Below are positions 24,422 to 34,127 of a DNA stretch of 64,000 nucleotides, in pieces. The position numbers and the translations under genes are program-made. Under the pieces are notes generated by a model. The model made no database searches, was not told the DNA's origin, and was given only the letters and a program-made list of their open reading frames with translations. Position 1 is the stretch's first letter, and each line of letters begins with the position of its first letter. Origin of the DNA: Bryobacterales bacterium (lineage in GTDB: Bacteria; Acidobacteriota; Terriglobia; Bryobacterales; UBA6623). Where the stretch lies: NCBI GenBank assembly GCA_965224215.1, contig CBDCYS010000026.1, forward strand, positions 43,596-107,595, read 5' to 3'.

Positions 24422-27400
24422 ATGAAGAAAGGCGTAATTTCCTGGTTCGCCCAGAATGGGGTGGCAGCCAATCTCGTGATGATGGTGATCGTCGTTGGCG
24501 GACTGTGGACCCTCTCGGGAATCAAGAGGGAAATCTTCCCGGAGTACACCGTTGACATGATCAGGGTCAGCGTGTCCTATCGTGGCGCGGCACCCGAAGA
24601 AGTTGAGGAAGGCGTTTGCGTGCGGATCGAGGAAGCGATCCAAGACCTCGACGGGATCGACGAGATAAGGTCCACGGCGGTTGAGGGCGGAGGAACGGTT
24701 TCCGTTGAGATCTTGCCGGGTTACGACCTGCGAAAGGCGCTCGACGACATCAAGGCGCGGGTCGACGCCATCGATACATTTCCGGAAGAGACCGAAAAAC
24801 CGACCGTTCAGGAAATCACCAACCGATTTCAAGTCATGAACGTCTCGATCTCGGGTGACACGGACGAGCTGACGCTCAAGAAGCTGGCCGAGCGGGTGCG
24901 CGAGGACCTTATCGCTCTGCCGGACATTAGTCAGGCGGAAGTCGTCAACGCTCCTCCTTACGAGATCTCCGTAGAAGTCTCCGAAGAATCCATGCGGCGC
25001 CATGGACTGACCATTGACGATTTGGCGAATGCAATCCGGCGCTCGTCGCTCGACCTGCCGGGGGGCTCGGTCAAGACCGAGACCGGCGAGATTTTGCTCC
25101 GAACGAAGGGCCAAGCCTATCGTGGCTCCGAGTTTGAAAATCTGACTCTTTTGACCAAGCCTGACGGCACGAAACTCGTGCTCGGCGACGTAGCCGAAGT
25201 GATCGACGGCTTCGCGGAAACAGACCAATCGACCCGCTTCGACGGCAAGCCAACCGTGATGGTGCAGGTATTTCGCGTCGGGGAGCAAGACGCTCTCGAG
25301 GTCGCCGATGCCGTCCAAGGCTACATCGGCGGGGCGGCTCAGCGCATGCCGGAAGGCATCACGCTCACGACTTGGCAGGACAACTCCGTGTTCCTTCGAG
25401 GTCGCATGGACCTGCTGCTGCGCAACGCCCGCAGCGGACTGTTTCTGGTCTTCGCGGTACTGGCTCTTTTCTTGCGGTTGCGGCTGGCAATATGGGTATC
25501 GCTTGGGATTCCGATTTCGTTCCTGGGCGCCATCGCGATGATGCCGATTCTGGGCGTATCGCTCAACATGATCTCCCTGTTCTCGTTCATTCTCGTCCTG
25601 GGAATCGTCGTTGACGATGCGATTGTGGTCGGGGAAAGCATTTTCGCCCGCCAGCAGGCTGGCGTGCCCGGTGTCCGCAGTGCTGTGGAGGGTGCGAATC
25701 GAGTCGCCATGCCGGTGATATTTGGCGTCCTAACGACGATGGCCGCGTTCGGTCCGATGTTATTCGTTCCGGGCTGGAACGGGAAAATCTGGTCAGTGAT
25801 TCCGCTGATCATCATCCCGACCCTGTTTTTCTCCCTGATTGAGTCGAAGCTCGTGCTGCCCAATCACCTCTCGCATTGGCGCCCCAAACCGAAGCCGGAG
25901 AACCCAAACCTTGTGGTCCGAATTTGGGACGGCTTCTTTGATTTCTTCGGAGACGGGCTAGTGTGGTTTGTCAAGCGAGTGTATGGCCCGGTGCTGAGGG
26001 TGGCTCTAGAGTGGCGCTACCTATCGGTGGCTGTGGCGGTCGCTACGTTGCTTCTGACCGTGGGGCTGGTTGGCGGCGGGTACGTGGCATTTGTGTTCTT
26101 CCCTGATGTGGAAGCCGATTACGTGAGCGCGTCCCTGACCATGCCGCAAGAGACCCCAATCGACGTTACCGCTGAAGCTGTTCAGATTATCGAAGACGCC
26201 GCGATGAAATTGCAGGAGGAAGTCAAGAAGGAAACGGGTGCGGATACGATTCGGCATGTCCTGAGCTCAGTTGGTGATCAGCCGTTTCAAACCATTGCAC
26301 GTCAAAACACCGGCAATTGGGATTCGCGAGCCGGCGGAGCCCACCTCGGAGAAGTCGCCGTCGAACTTGCCCCTTCGGAAGTGCGCTCGATGGGCAGCCG
26401 TGAAGTCGGACGGCGCTGGCGCGAGCTGACCGGACCAATCGCGGGAGCAGTCGAACTGAAGTTTACCTCCAGCCTGATCGGCGGCGGAGGGGCGATCAAC
26501 GTACGAGTTACCAGCGGGAGCATGGACACCCTGCGCGAGATCGCTAGTAAGACCAAGGCCAAACTCGCTGAGTATCCCGGAGTTTTTGACATCACGGACT
26601 CCTTTCGGGGAGGGAAGCCGGAGGTCAAACTGGCGATTACTTCAAACGCAGAGTCGCTGGGTCTGTCGTTGCAGGATTTGGCCCGGCAAGTCCGTCAGGG
26701 GTTTTACGGCGAGGAGGCTCAAAGGATTCAGCGGGGCCGTGACGACATCCGGGTCATGGTGCGGTACCCGCAACGAGACCGAAGATCCCTCGGCGATTTG
26801 GAAGCCATGCGAGTTCGCACGCCTGACGGCTCAGAAGTCCCATTCTCGACGGTCGCCAGGGCGGAACTGGGCCGCGGGTTCGCGAGTATCCAACGGGTCG
26901 ATCGCCGCCGCGCTATCAACATCACCGCCGATGTCGATGATGCAGTCGCGAGCGCAAACGACATTTCGGCTGACCTGACCGAAAACTTTCTGGACCCTTT
27001 GATGGCGGAGTATCCCGGCGCTTATTACACGATTGAGGGCGAGCAGAAAGACCAGAGGGAAGCCATGACCGCCCTAGGGGAGGGATTCGTTGTCGCTCTC
27101 TTCGTCATCTACGCATTGATGGCCATTCCGTTTAAATCCTACGTCCAACCGCTGATCGTGATGACGGCGGTGCCGTTTGGCATTGTTGGGGCCGTTTGGG
27201 GACACGCCATCATGGGGCTGTCGATGAGCATTCTGTCGATGTGCGGGCTGGTCGCGCTCACGGGAATTGTCGTGAACGACAGTCTCGTGCTGGTGACGTA
27301 TATCAACACTCTTCGAGACTCGGGAAAGAAGTTGGTGGACGCCGTTCGCGAAGCAGGGGCCACTCGCTTTCGCGCGATCATTCTGACGTCGTTGACAACA

Positions 27401-27787
27401 GCCGCCGGCATCACACCGCTCATGCTGGAGAAGGAAGTTCAGGCGCAGTTCCTGATCCCGATGGCCGTTGCGTTGGCTTATGGTGTGATCTTTTCCACTG
27501 TCATTACGCTGGTGCTGGTGCCATCGAGTTACCTTATTCTCGAAGACATTGGTATAGGCTTTCGATGGCTGATGGGTACGGACAGCGCGGATTCTGACGT
27601 GGTTGCGGGGCAAGGGTCCCTTGCTGTTACGGCCCGGCCGGCACTCGACGGCGGGGTGCACTCCAATGGAGCGGAGTCGGCGCTGACAAGCGGCCAGAAT
27701 GGCGGGCCGAATGGGCCGGCGGCGTCACCTACGCGTCTGGTCGGCGAGGTTCAGCCTGCCGGCGATTCTTCCGAGTCAAACGACTGA
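24422..27787 (+). CDS. RND efflux permease (AcrB/AcrD/AcrF family) with ~80-aa Gly/Ser/Ala-rich C-terminal tail
   Basis: 1121 aa with a 12-TM AcrB layout. Motifs FSFILVLGIVVDDAIVV and LTGIVVNDSLVLV in TM4/TM10. Confidence 0.95.
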   Translation: MKKGVISWFAQNGVAANLVMMVIVVGGLWTLSGIKREIFPEYTVDMIRVSVSYRGAAPEEVEEGVCVRIEEAIQDLDGIDEIRSTAVEGGGTVSVEILPGYDLRKALDDIKARVDAIDTFPEETEKPTVQEITNRFQVMNVSISGDTDELTLKKLAERVREDLIALPDISQAEVVNAPPYEISVEVSEESMRRHGLTIDDLANAIRRSSLDLPGGSVKTETGEILLRTKGQAYRGSEFENLTLLTKPDGTKLVLGDVAEVIDGFAETDQSTRFDGKPTVMVQVFRVGEQDALEVADAVQGYIGGAAQRMPEGITLTTWQDNSVFLRGRMDLLLRNARSGLFLVFAVLALFLRLRLAIWVSLGIPISFLGAIAMMPILGVSLNMISLFSFILVLGIVVDDAIVVGESIFARQQAGVPGVRSAVEGANRVAMPVIFGVLTTMAAFGPMLFVPGWNGKIWSVIPLIIIPTLFFSLIESKLVLPNHLSHWRPKPKPENPNLVVRIWDGFFDFFGDGLVWFVKRVYGPVLRVALEWRYLSVAVAVATLLLTVGLVGGGYVAFVFFPDVEADYVSASLTMPQETPIDVTAEAVQIIEDAAMKLQEEVKKETGADTIRHVLSSVGDQPFQTIARQNTGNWDSRAGGAHLGEVAVELAPSEVRSMGSREVGRRWRELTGPIAGAVELKFTSSLIGGGGAINVRVTSGSMDTLREIASKTKAKLAEYPGVFDITDSFRGGKPEVKLAITSNAESLGLSLQDLARQVRQGFYGEEAQRIQRGRDDIRVMVRYPQRDRRSLGDLEAMRVRTPDGSEVPFSTVARAELGRGFASIQRVDRRRAINITADVDDAVASANDISADLTENFLDPLMAEYPGAYYTIEGEQKDQREAMTALGEGFVVALFVIYALMAIPFKSYVQPLIVMTAVPFGIVGAVWGHAIMGLSMSILSMCGLVALTGIVVNDSLVLVTYINTLRDSGKKLVDAVREAGATRFRAIILTSLTTAAGITPLMLEKEVQAQFLIPMAVALAYGVIFSTVITLVLVPSSYLILEDIGIGFRWLMGTDSADSDVVAGQGSLAVTARPALDGGVHSNGAESALTSGQNGGPNGPAASPTRLVGEVQPAGDSSESND

Positions 27788-27821
27788 GTACAGCGCCAAC
27801 ACCGACGCGGGAACTAGAAGA

Positions 27822-29954
27822 ATGTCCTCTTCACATTCGGTACGAGTGCTCGCCAGCGGGCTCCTGCTCTCCATGGCGCTGTGGTGGCCGGTGGCCGGGG
27901 CTGAACCCGTGACGAAGGCCGACTTGGACAAAGCTGCCGGCGACAACTCGTCTTGGCTGATGTACGGCCGTGACTATTCGGGTCAGCGCTTCGTGCGGCT
28001 CGACCAAATCACGCCGGCCAATGTCGACCGCCTGCAACCGGCGTGGGTGTTCGCGACCGGGGGTGAAAACCGTGGGCTCGAGGCCACGCCGCTCATTCAC
28101 GAGGGCGTGATCTATCTCTCGGCCGACGAATCGCGTGTGTTTGCGCTCGATGCCCGCACCGGCGCGAAGATATGGAGCTACGACCCGAAGATGTCCGATG
28201 AGGTGGAGCGCGTCTATTGCTGCGGATCGATCAACCGCGGCGTGGCTCTGCTGGGCGAGTTGGTCTACATCGGTACGATGGACGCGCGGATGGTCGCGCT
28301 CAACAAGGATACGGGCGAGGTCGTTTGGGAAACCCAGGTGATTGATTGGGCGCAAGGTTACAGCATCACCGGGGCGCCGCTGGTGGTCAAGGACATGGTG
28401 CTCACCGGCGTGGCAGGCGGCGAGTACGGTATTCGCGGTTTTGTGAAAGCATTCGACGCCAAAACGGGCAAGTTGCGCTGGACCGCCTACACTATCCCCG
28501 GACCCGGCGAGCCAGGCAATGAAACCTGGCCCGGCGACACATGGAAAAACGGCGGCGGCTCGACCTGGACGACCGGCGTCTACGATCCGGAGCTCAACCT
28601 CGTTTACTGGAATACCGGCAACGCCGCACCCTGGAATTGCCGGGTTCGCAAGGGCGATAACAAGTGGACCGCTGGAACCATTGCTATTGACGCCGACAGC
28701 GGCAAGATCACATGGGGCTATCAGTACACTCCGTGGGACTGCTGGGACTACGACGCCGTCAGCACCCCCGTGCTGGCCGACATTGACCTCGGCGGCAACG
28801 AGCCTACCAAGACCCTGCTTCACCATGACAAGAACGGCTTCTTCTACGTGCTGGACCGCACCGACGGCAAGTTTATTTACGGCGAACCGATTGTTCCCGG
28901 GATCAACTGGGCCTTCGGTCTTGATCCCGAGACCGGCCGCCCGAAGGTGAATCCGGCAATGGTGGCGGAGTCTGGCGGACCGGAAGTCGGGCCGATCATT
29001 CCCAGCCTCGAGGGCGCGATCGACTGGCAGCCGCTTTCCTACAACCCGGATCTAGGCTACATCTACTTCATGTCGAATCAGTGGGCCATGGGATACAAGT
29101 TTTGGGCCGAGGATCAGTTTGAGCCGCCGACGAATGGCGAATGGTATATGGGCGCCGACTATCAGCAGTACCTGAGCAGCGAGAACACGGGCAACTTTAT
29201 CGGGTTCGATGTCGTCAACCGCAAGGTGCTGTGGAGAGTGACGAGCCCTGCGCCCTTCTGGGCGGGGGCCGTCACGACTTCGAGCGGGCTCGTTTTCACA
29301 GGGGACATGCGGGGCTATGTCATGGCTCTGGATGCTCGGACCGGCACGGTGCTTTGGCAGTTCCAAACGGGCTCGGGGATTATCGGCAGTCCTATCACCT
29401 ATGAACTCGACGGTACGCAATACTTGGCGGTGCCATCAGGGGGCATTGGCGGAGATATGACGTTCTACTACACCGAACCGAAGGCCGGGAATCTCTTCGT
29501 GTTTGCATTGGACGGCGGAGGGCCGGCTCGCATACCCGCCGGGACGAACCTGACCACCCTCGAAGGCGGATTACCGCAGGTGGGTCAGCCTGGCCATACC
29601 CTTGGCGGGAGGGTCCTGCCTGGATACGGCTTTCCGCCCACCGAGGGCGCCGAACCGTTAAAGAAGGAAGCCAGTCCTGAAAGCACTGAGGGCGAACAGA
29701 GCAACCCATTTCTCGGTCAAGACGGGGCAATCGCTGCCGGAGATCGCTTGTATCGCAGCCGTTGTGTGGGGTGTCACAAATCCCGTGGAGGCAGCGGCCC
29801 CAACATATTCAGAAGCGCTCTAAGCGCTGACAAGTTCATGGAAGCCGTTGCGAAGGGCCGCAAGGGAACCAACATGGCTCCGTTCGAAAACGTGCTTCAG
29901 CCAGCTGAGATCTGGCAGGTCCACGCGTTCCTCATGTCTCGTGACGGTCTCTGA
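27822..29954 (+). CDS. Quinohemoprotein (PQQ + cytochrome c) alcohol dehydrogenase, periplasmic
   Basis: Start moved to ATG 27822 (signal peptide). SWLMYGRDYSGQRF, vicinal Cys RVYCCGSINRG, propeller W-motifs, catalytic region WDCWDYDAV, and C-terminal CVGCH heme-c site at 29763..29777. Confidence 0.9.
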   Translation: MSSSHSVRVLASGLLLSMALWWPVAGAEPVTKADLDKAAGDNSSWLMYGRDYSGQRFVRLDQITPANVDRLQPAWVFATGGENRGLEATPLIHEGVIYLSADESRVFALDARTGAKIWSYDPKMSDEVERVYCCGSINRGVALLGELVYIGTMDARMVALNKDTGEVVWETQVIDWAQGYSITGAPLVVKDMVLTGVAGGEYGIRGFVKAFDAKTGKLRWTAYTIPGPGEPGNETWPGDTWKNGGGSTWTTGVYDPELNLVYWNTGNAAPWNCRVRKGDNKWTAGTIAIDADSGKITWGYQYTPWDCWDYDAVSTPVLADIDLGGNEPTKTLLHHDKNGFFYVLDRTDGKFIYGEPIVPGINWAFGLDPETGRPKVNPAMVAESGGPEVGPIIPSLEGAIDWQPLSYNPDLGYIYFMSNQWAMGYKFWAEDQFEPPTNGEWYMGADYQQYLSSENTGNFIGFDVVNRKVLWRVTSPAPFWAGAVTTSSGLVFTGDMRGYVMALDARTGTVLWQFQTGSGIIGSPITYELDGTQYLAVPSGGIGGDMTFYYTEPKAGNLFVFALDGGGPARIPAGTNLTTLEGGLPQVGQPGHTLGGRVLPGYGFPPTEGAEPLKKEASPESTEGEQSNPFLGQDGAIAAGDRLYRSRCVGCHKSRGGSGPNIFRSALSADKFMEAVAKGRKGTNMAPFENVLQPAEIWQVHAFLMSRDGL

Positions 29955-30659
29955 GAAGCCTTAGCCAGATTTCTGACGGACTTTACATCAGGACCTGGGG
30001 GCAACGGATGCGGCGCGGCCACACAAGTAAACTGGAGACACGCATCATCTTTTCCGGCAGTTCGAAACGGCTGCATGTGACAAGAACGCGTGGGTCATAG
30101 GAGGCGTGTCATGGGATATCGAAGGCGTGAGTTTCTCGGGAAAATTGCTGGTGCCGGGTTGTTGGGAGTCTTGCCCGGCGGACACACCCTCGTCGCGTCG
30201 AACGCTGCGGCGAAAGAAGCCAAATCACCCCCCGGCGTAGTTCAATTCAGCGCCGAGCTTGAGCCGCTCGTTCGGCTGATCGAACGCACGCCCCGCGAGA
30301 AATGCTTTGAGATGATCGTGGATCAACTCCGCCGAGGCGTCTCGTATCGTCAGTTCGTAGCATCGCTTTTCCTGGCCGGCGTCCGCGACATTCGTCCGCA
30401 GCCGCCGGGCTTCAAGTTTCATTGCGTCTTCGTCATCCATGCGGCCCACCAACTGAGCTTGGACGCACGGGTCGGCGACAGGTCGCTGCCGCAGTTGTGG
30501 GCCTTGGACAATTTCAAGGAATCACAGGAGCGCGACATCAAGGAAGGCGACTTTCACCTGAGCCCCGCGCAAGGGAGCCTTCCCGCTGCACGCGGCGCAT
30601 GGAACGAATTTCATTCCGCCATGGAGACGTGGGATGAAGAGCGCGCCGACCTCGCTATC

Positions 30660-31191
30660 ACCTGAATTATGCACAGATTCACTTTGCGAGTGTGGCTGCG
30701 TTCGTAGCGGGTTGGCGGTCGTCGTGAGGTGGTAGCTCGGCAACTGGCCTTTTGGCTTCTCCGTGTCCGGTTTCCCTTCCCGCCCAGAATCCGCGTCGTC
30801 AAAACCTCGCTCGGAAGTGACGTGTTTCCCGTGCGTTACGGCTAGTGCATAAAATGTTATGCATAGCGCATAGCCAGGCTCTCAGATCAGCGCCCTCCCG
30901 ACCACCGGCAGCAAGCCGCCGTAGGGAGTCGACTTCCTGCCGCGGAAGTGGTAAGGCGTCGAAGCCCCGATTTTATTGGGCCGCGAGGCCGTCACGGCTG
31001 GGCCTTGTTGGACGGGCCTTTGGGAGTTATGCTGTTTTCGTCTGGTAACCATGTGGGTGACCTCCTTGGGGTTGGCTGGCGAAGCTGGGATCTTTGCCAG
31101 CCTACCTTTTTACCCCATGTTTTCGGGGGTCCCAAATGGTCTCTTGCGGCTCAGCCCTCCTCAGGTCCACGCCGCAGTGCATAATTCAGGT
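30660..31191. mobile_element. 532-bp non-autonomous (MITE-like) element
   Basis: 15-bp terminal inverted repeats acctgaattatgcac at 30660..30674 and gtgcataattcaggt at 31177..31191. ATC is duplicated at 30657..30659 and 31192..31194. No convincing ORF inside. Confidence 0.75.
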
Positions 31192-31749
31192 ATCATCACG
31201 CTGTTTCGCACGCGGGGAGCAAACGAAATCATCGACGACCTATGGCTCTATGGCGCGCGTGACTACCGCAACATCGGCCACAAAGCGATCTTCGTTGCAA
31301 GTTTCTGGCGCACGCTGCAAACCATCGGTTGGCAGCACGCGGAGCCGGCTTTGCGATCCCTGGTCTCCGGGTTGCTGGGCTACGGTGCAAGCGAGGAAGT
31401 GAATGGCTACGCCTACGACGATCAATGTTATCTGCCGAACCTCGTCCTGGCTCGCAAAGCCGCGAGCCGGCTTCCCGCCGACTGGGCTGAAACGGGTCTA
31501 GAAGCGGGCAGCACAGGCGATATCTTGGAAGCAATCCGCGCGGGCAGTACCGACGATGCGTGCAAGGAAGCTGCGAGGCAATTGACCACGGGACAAGCGC
31601 ATGCTTCGAACGTCTGGGATTCGGCGCACCTAGCCGCGGGAGAGTTGATGATGCGGCATCCGGGAGTCTTCGGCCTCCACGCCGTGACTTCTATCAACGC
31701 ACTTCACTACGCATTTCGGGCGGCGGGTGACCGCCAGACGCGCTTGTTG

Positions 31750-33569
31750 TGTCGCTGCCAAGTGATAATGTCCTAAAAGTGCCAAGTAGAAATGTCCTAT
31801 TGACAAGGTCACCCTGGAGGGGTGAGCAACCAAGGACAACTACTGATGACACAACGAGAGCGCGACCGGCTGGTGGCGCTGCGCAAAGCAGACAAAAAAC
31901 TCATCACGCAAAAGCAGGCCGCCCAGCAGACGGGCCTCAGCGAACGGCATCTGAGGCGGCTGCTGGCGAAGCTTCGCAGCGAAGGCGACCAGGCCGTGGT
32001 CCATGCCGCGCGGGGCCGCGCGTCCAACCGCAAGCTCAGCGCCAAGGCGGAAAAACAAGCCGTGGCAATCCTCTCCCAACCCGTCTACGCCGGCTTTGGC
32101 CCGACTCTGGCGGCGGAGTATCTCGAGCAGCGCCACGGCGTCCAAGTCGGCCGCGAAACGCTGCGCCGTTGGATGGCCGCCGCGGGCCTGTGGAAGCCCC
32201 GCCGCCGCAAGTCAGGACGCCCGCATCCGTGGCGGCCCCGCCGCAGTTGCCGCGGCGAGCTGGTGCAATGGGACACCTCCGAGCACGACTGGCTGGAGGG
32301 ACGCGGGGAGAAGCTGTACCTGATCGGCATGATCGACGACGCCAGCAGCGAGTTGCTGGCGCGCTTCGTCCGGCACGACTCGGGCGAAGAGAATCGCCGT
32401 TTGCTGAAGACGTATCTGGAACAAAACGGCCGACCCGTAGCCTTCTACACCGACCGCGCCAGCCTGTTTGTCAACACGCCCAAAAACAGCGCCGGCGAGG
32501 ACCCCAAGCTCTGGCCTCCCACGCAGATCGGGCGGGCGCTCCAGGAGCTGGACATCGAATCGATCACGGCCTATTCGCCGCAGGCCAAAGGCCGCGTCGA
32601 GCGCAGCTTTGGCACCGCCCAGGACCGCCTGGTGAAGGGTCTGCGGGTGGCCGGGGCCACGACGATCGAACAGGCCAACGCCTACCTGGAAAGCGAGTTT
32701 CTGCCCTGGTGGAACGCCACGTTGCGGGTGCAGCCGGCTCACCCCGACGAGGCGCATCGCGAGCTAGGTCCCGAGCACGATCTGGACTCGGCGCTGAGCC
32801 AGGTCGAGACGCGGCGGGTCGCCAACGACTACACGATTCGCTTCCGGGGAAAGAGCTATCAAATCGACCGCAAGGCGATTGTGCCGGGTCTGCGAAACAG
32901 CCGAGTGCGGGTGGAGAGACGCCTGGACGGCGTCCTGGCCGCGCGCTGCGGCAAGCACGAACTGGCGCTGAAGCGCTGCGGCGCGCAGCCCCAATCGGAG
33001 CGCCCGCAGCCCAAGAGCGCCCAGGCGGAACCCGCTGCGGCAGCGGCCGAGAAGGCTGGCGGCAAAGCTGCCGGCAAGCGAAGCAGCGACTGGATGAAGG
33101 ACTTCGATCTGAAAGACAGCCCGCCTGTGTGGCAAGCGGCGCAGGCATCCGGCGCTCGGCGAGACGATACGCAGGACTAGGAGTCGCTGCCAAACCAAGA
33201 CTCTATGCGGAGCGCCCATCGGGCCGATGCGCTGAGTTGGCAGTCGCTGCCAAACCAAGACGCTATGGGGAGCGCCGGGCAAACGGCGCCCGGCGATCGT
33301 CGCGTTGGCGAAGCCCAAGGCCTCCGCTCCGAAGCTTCACCAAAGCAATCTCTGTCACGAACAGAAAACCCTCTGACCGGGAGGCCAGAGGGTCGTCTGC
33401 TTCAGCCGATTGCTTGGGAGCCAGCTCCATCGCTTCGGCCTTGGGCATCAAGAGCAGGCGCGACCCTGCCCTCAACGCCAACCACTCTACCATCGCCTCT
33501 CCAGCCACCTGCCCCAAAGCGGACATTTCTACTTGGCAGCGATTAGGACATTTCTACTTGGCGTTGACA
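31750..33569 (+). mobile_element. IS481/IS1202(ISNCY)-like insertion sequence, 1,820 bp, 15-bp target duplication
   Basis: Ends TGTCgcTGCCAAGTgaTAATGTCC and reverse complement TGTCaaCGCCAAGTagAAATGTCC, with a second internal copy of GCCAAGTAGAAATGTCC at each end. Flanked by cagacgcgcttgttg at 31735..31749 and 33570..33584. Confidence 0.85.
31822..33180 (+). CDS. rve (integrase-core) DDE transposase with N-terminal HTH (intact, 452 aa)
   Basis: HTH LITQKQAAQQTGLSERHLRRLL. DDE candidates VQWDTSEH, AFYTDRASLF and AKGRVERSFG. Confidence 0.85.
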   Translation: MSNQGQLLMTQRERDRLVALRKADKKLITQKQAAQQTGLSERHLRRLLAKLRSEGDQAVVHAARGRASNRKLSAKAEKQAVAILSQPVYAGFGPTLAAEYLEQRHGVQVGRETLRRWMAAAGLWKPRRRKSGRPHPWRPRRSCRGELVQWDTSEHDWLEGRGEKLYLIGMIDDASSELLARFVRHDSGEENRRLLKTYLEQNGRPVAFYTDRASLFVNTPKNSAGEDPKLWPPTQIGRALQELDIESITAYSPQAKGRVERSFGTAQDRLVKGLRVAGATTIEQANAYLESEFLPWWNATLRVQPAHPDEAHRELGPEHDLDSALSQVETRRVANDYTIRFRGKSYQIDRKAIVPGLRNSRVRVERRLDGVLAARCGKHELALKRCGAQPQSERPQPKSAQAEPAAAAAEKAGGKAAGKRSSDWMKDFDLKDSPPVWQAAQASGARRDDTQD

Positions 33570-34127
33570 CAGACGCGCTTGTTGATCCTTCTGCAAGCAA
33601 CCGGCTGGATGAGCCAATTCGCCAATTTCATGTCCAAGAGCGAGGAGTTCGGCTCGACCAAGATCACCGACCTTGCGCAGACTACGCGGGAAGGCAAATC
33701 CAACAAGGACGACTTACGCGAAGAGATCTTCCGCTCCCTTGCTACCAAGCGCGTCGAAGCGGCGAGAAAGGCCTACCGGCTTGCGGAGATAGATCCTGAC
33801 CCGACCCGGTTCCGGCGAGCTGCCCAGAATCTGCTACTCCGGAAGGCGGCGGAAGTGCACGATTTTAAGTACGCCGCCGCGATTTTCGAGGATTACGCCT
33901 TCGTCAGCCCGAAATGGAGGCCGGCAATGCTCGCAACCGCCGTTTACAACCTGCGCGGCTCGGAGCACCCGGACTCGGAAGTCATGCAACAAGCGAGGGA
34001 AAGCTTGAGGAGCTTGCGGGCTTAGCTAGTACCAGTGGAACACGAGAGGCAGCGTGGCGTGAACCAGCAGGTTTGGGGCAAGCCCGAACGCTCACTCGAC
34101 ATCGGCTGTGCCGGTTTGGCCGTGGCG

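Larger units (their letters stand above)
30111..34025 (+). pseudogene. Tat-signal protein of unknown function, interrupted twice (coding segments 30111..30659, 31195..31749, 33585..34025)
   Basis: MGYRRREFLGKIAGAG twin-arginine signal, with AGGAGG upstream of ATG 30111. Removing the two insertions and one copy of each target duplication restores a single 514-aa frame. Confidence 0.8.

Noticed and set aside
24083-25318. 411-aa minus-strand ORF, with similar long antisense ORFs at 7280..7897, 27831..28826, 43682..44620, 58665..59780, 60800..61465, 61556..62071 and 63338..63916
   Set aside because: All lie antisense to strongly supported genes (RND pump, polA, ADH, TIR gene, phoH, receptor). 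They have low-complexity Arg/Gly/Asp/Val-rich composition typical of shadow ORFs in GC-rich DNA.
31749-34025. 758-aa ORF, one of the longest plus-strand ORFs in the track
   Set aside because: It reads through the IS in a non-transposase frame, giving an Arg/Pro/Ala/Gly-rich nonsense-like translation. Only its last 146 codons (33585..34025) are real, as the 3' segment of the interrupted Tat-signal gene.
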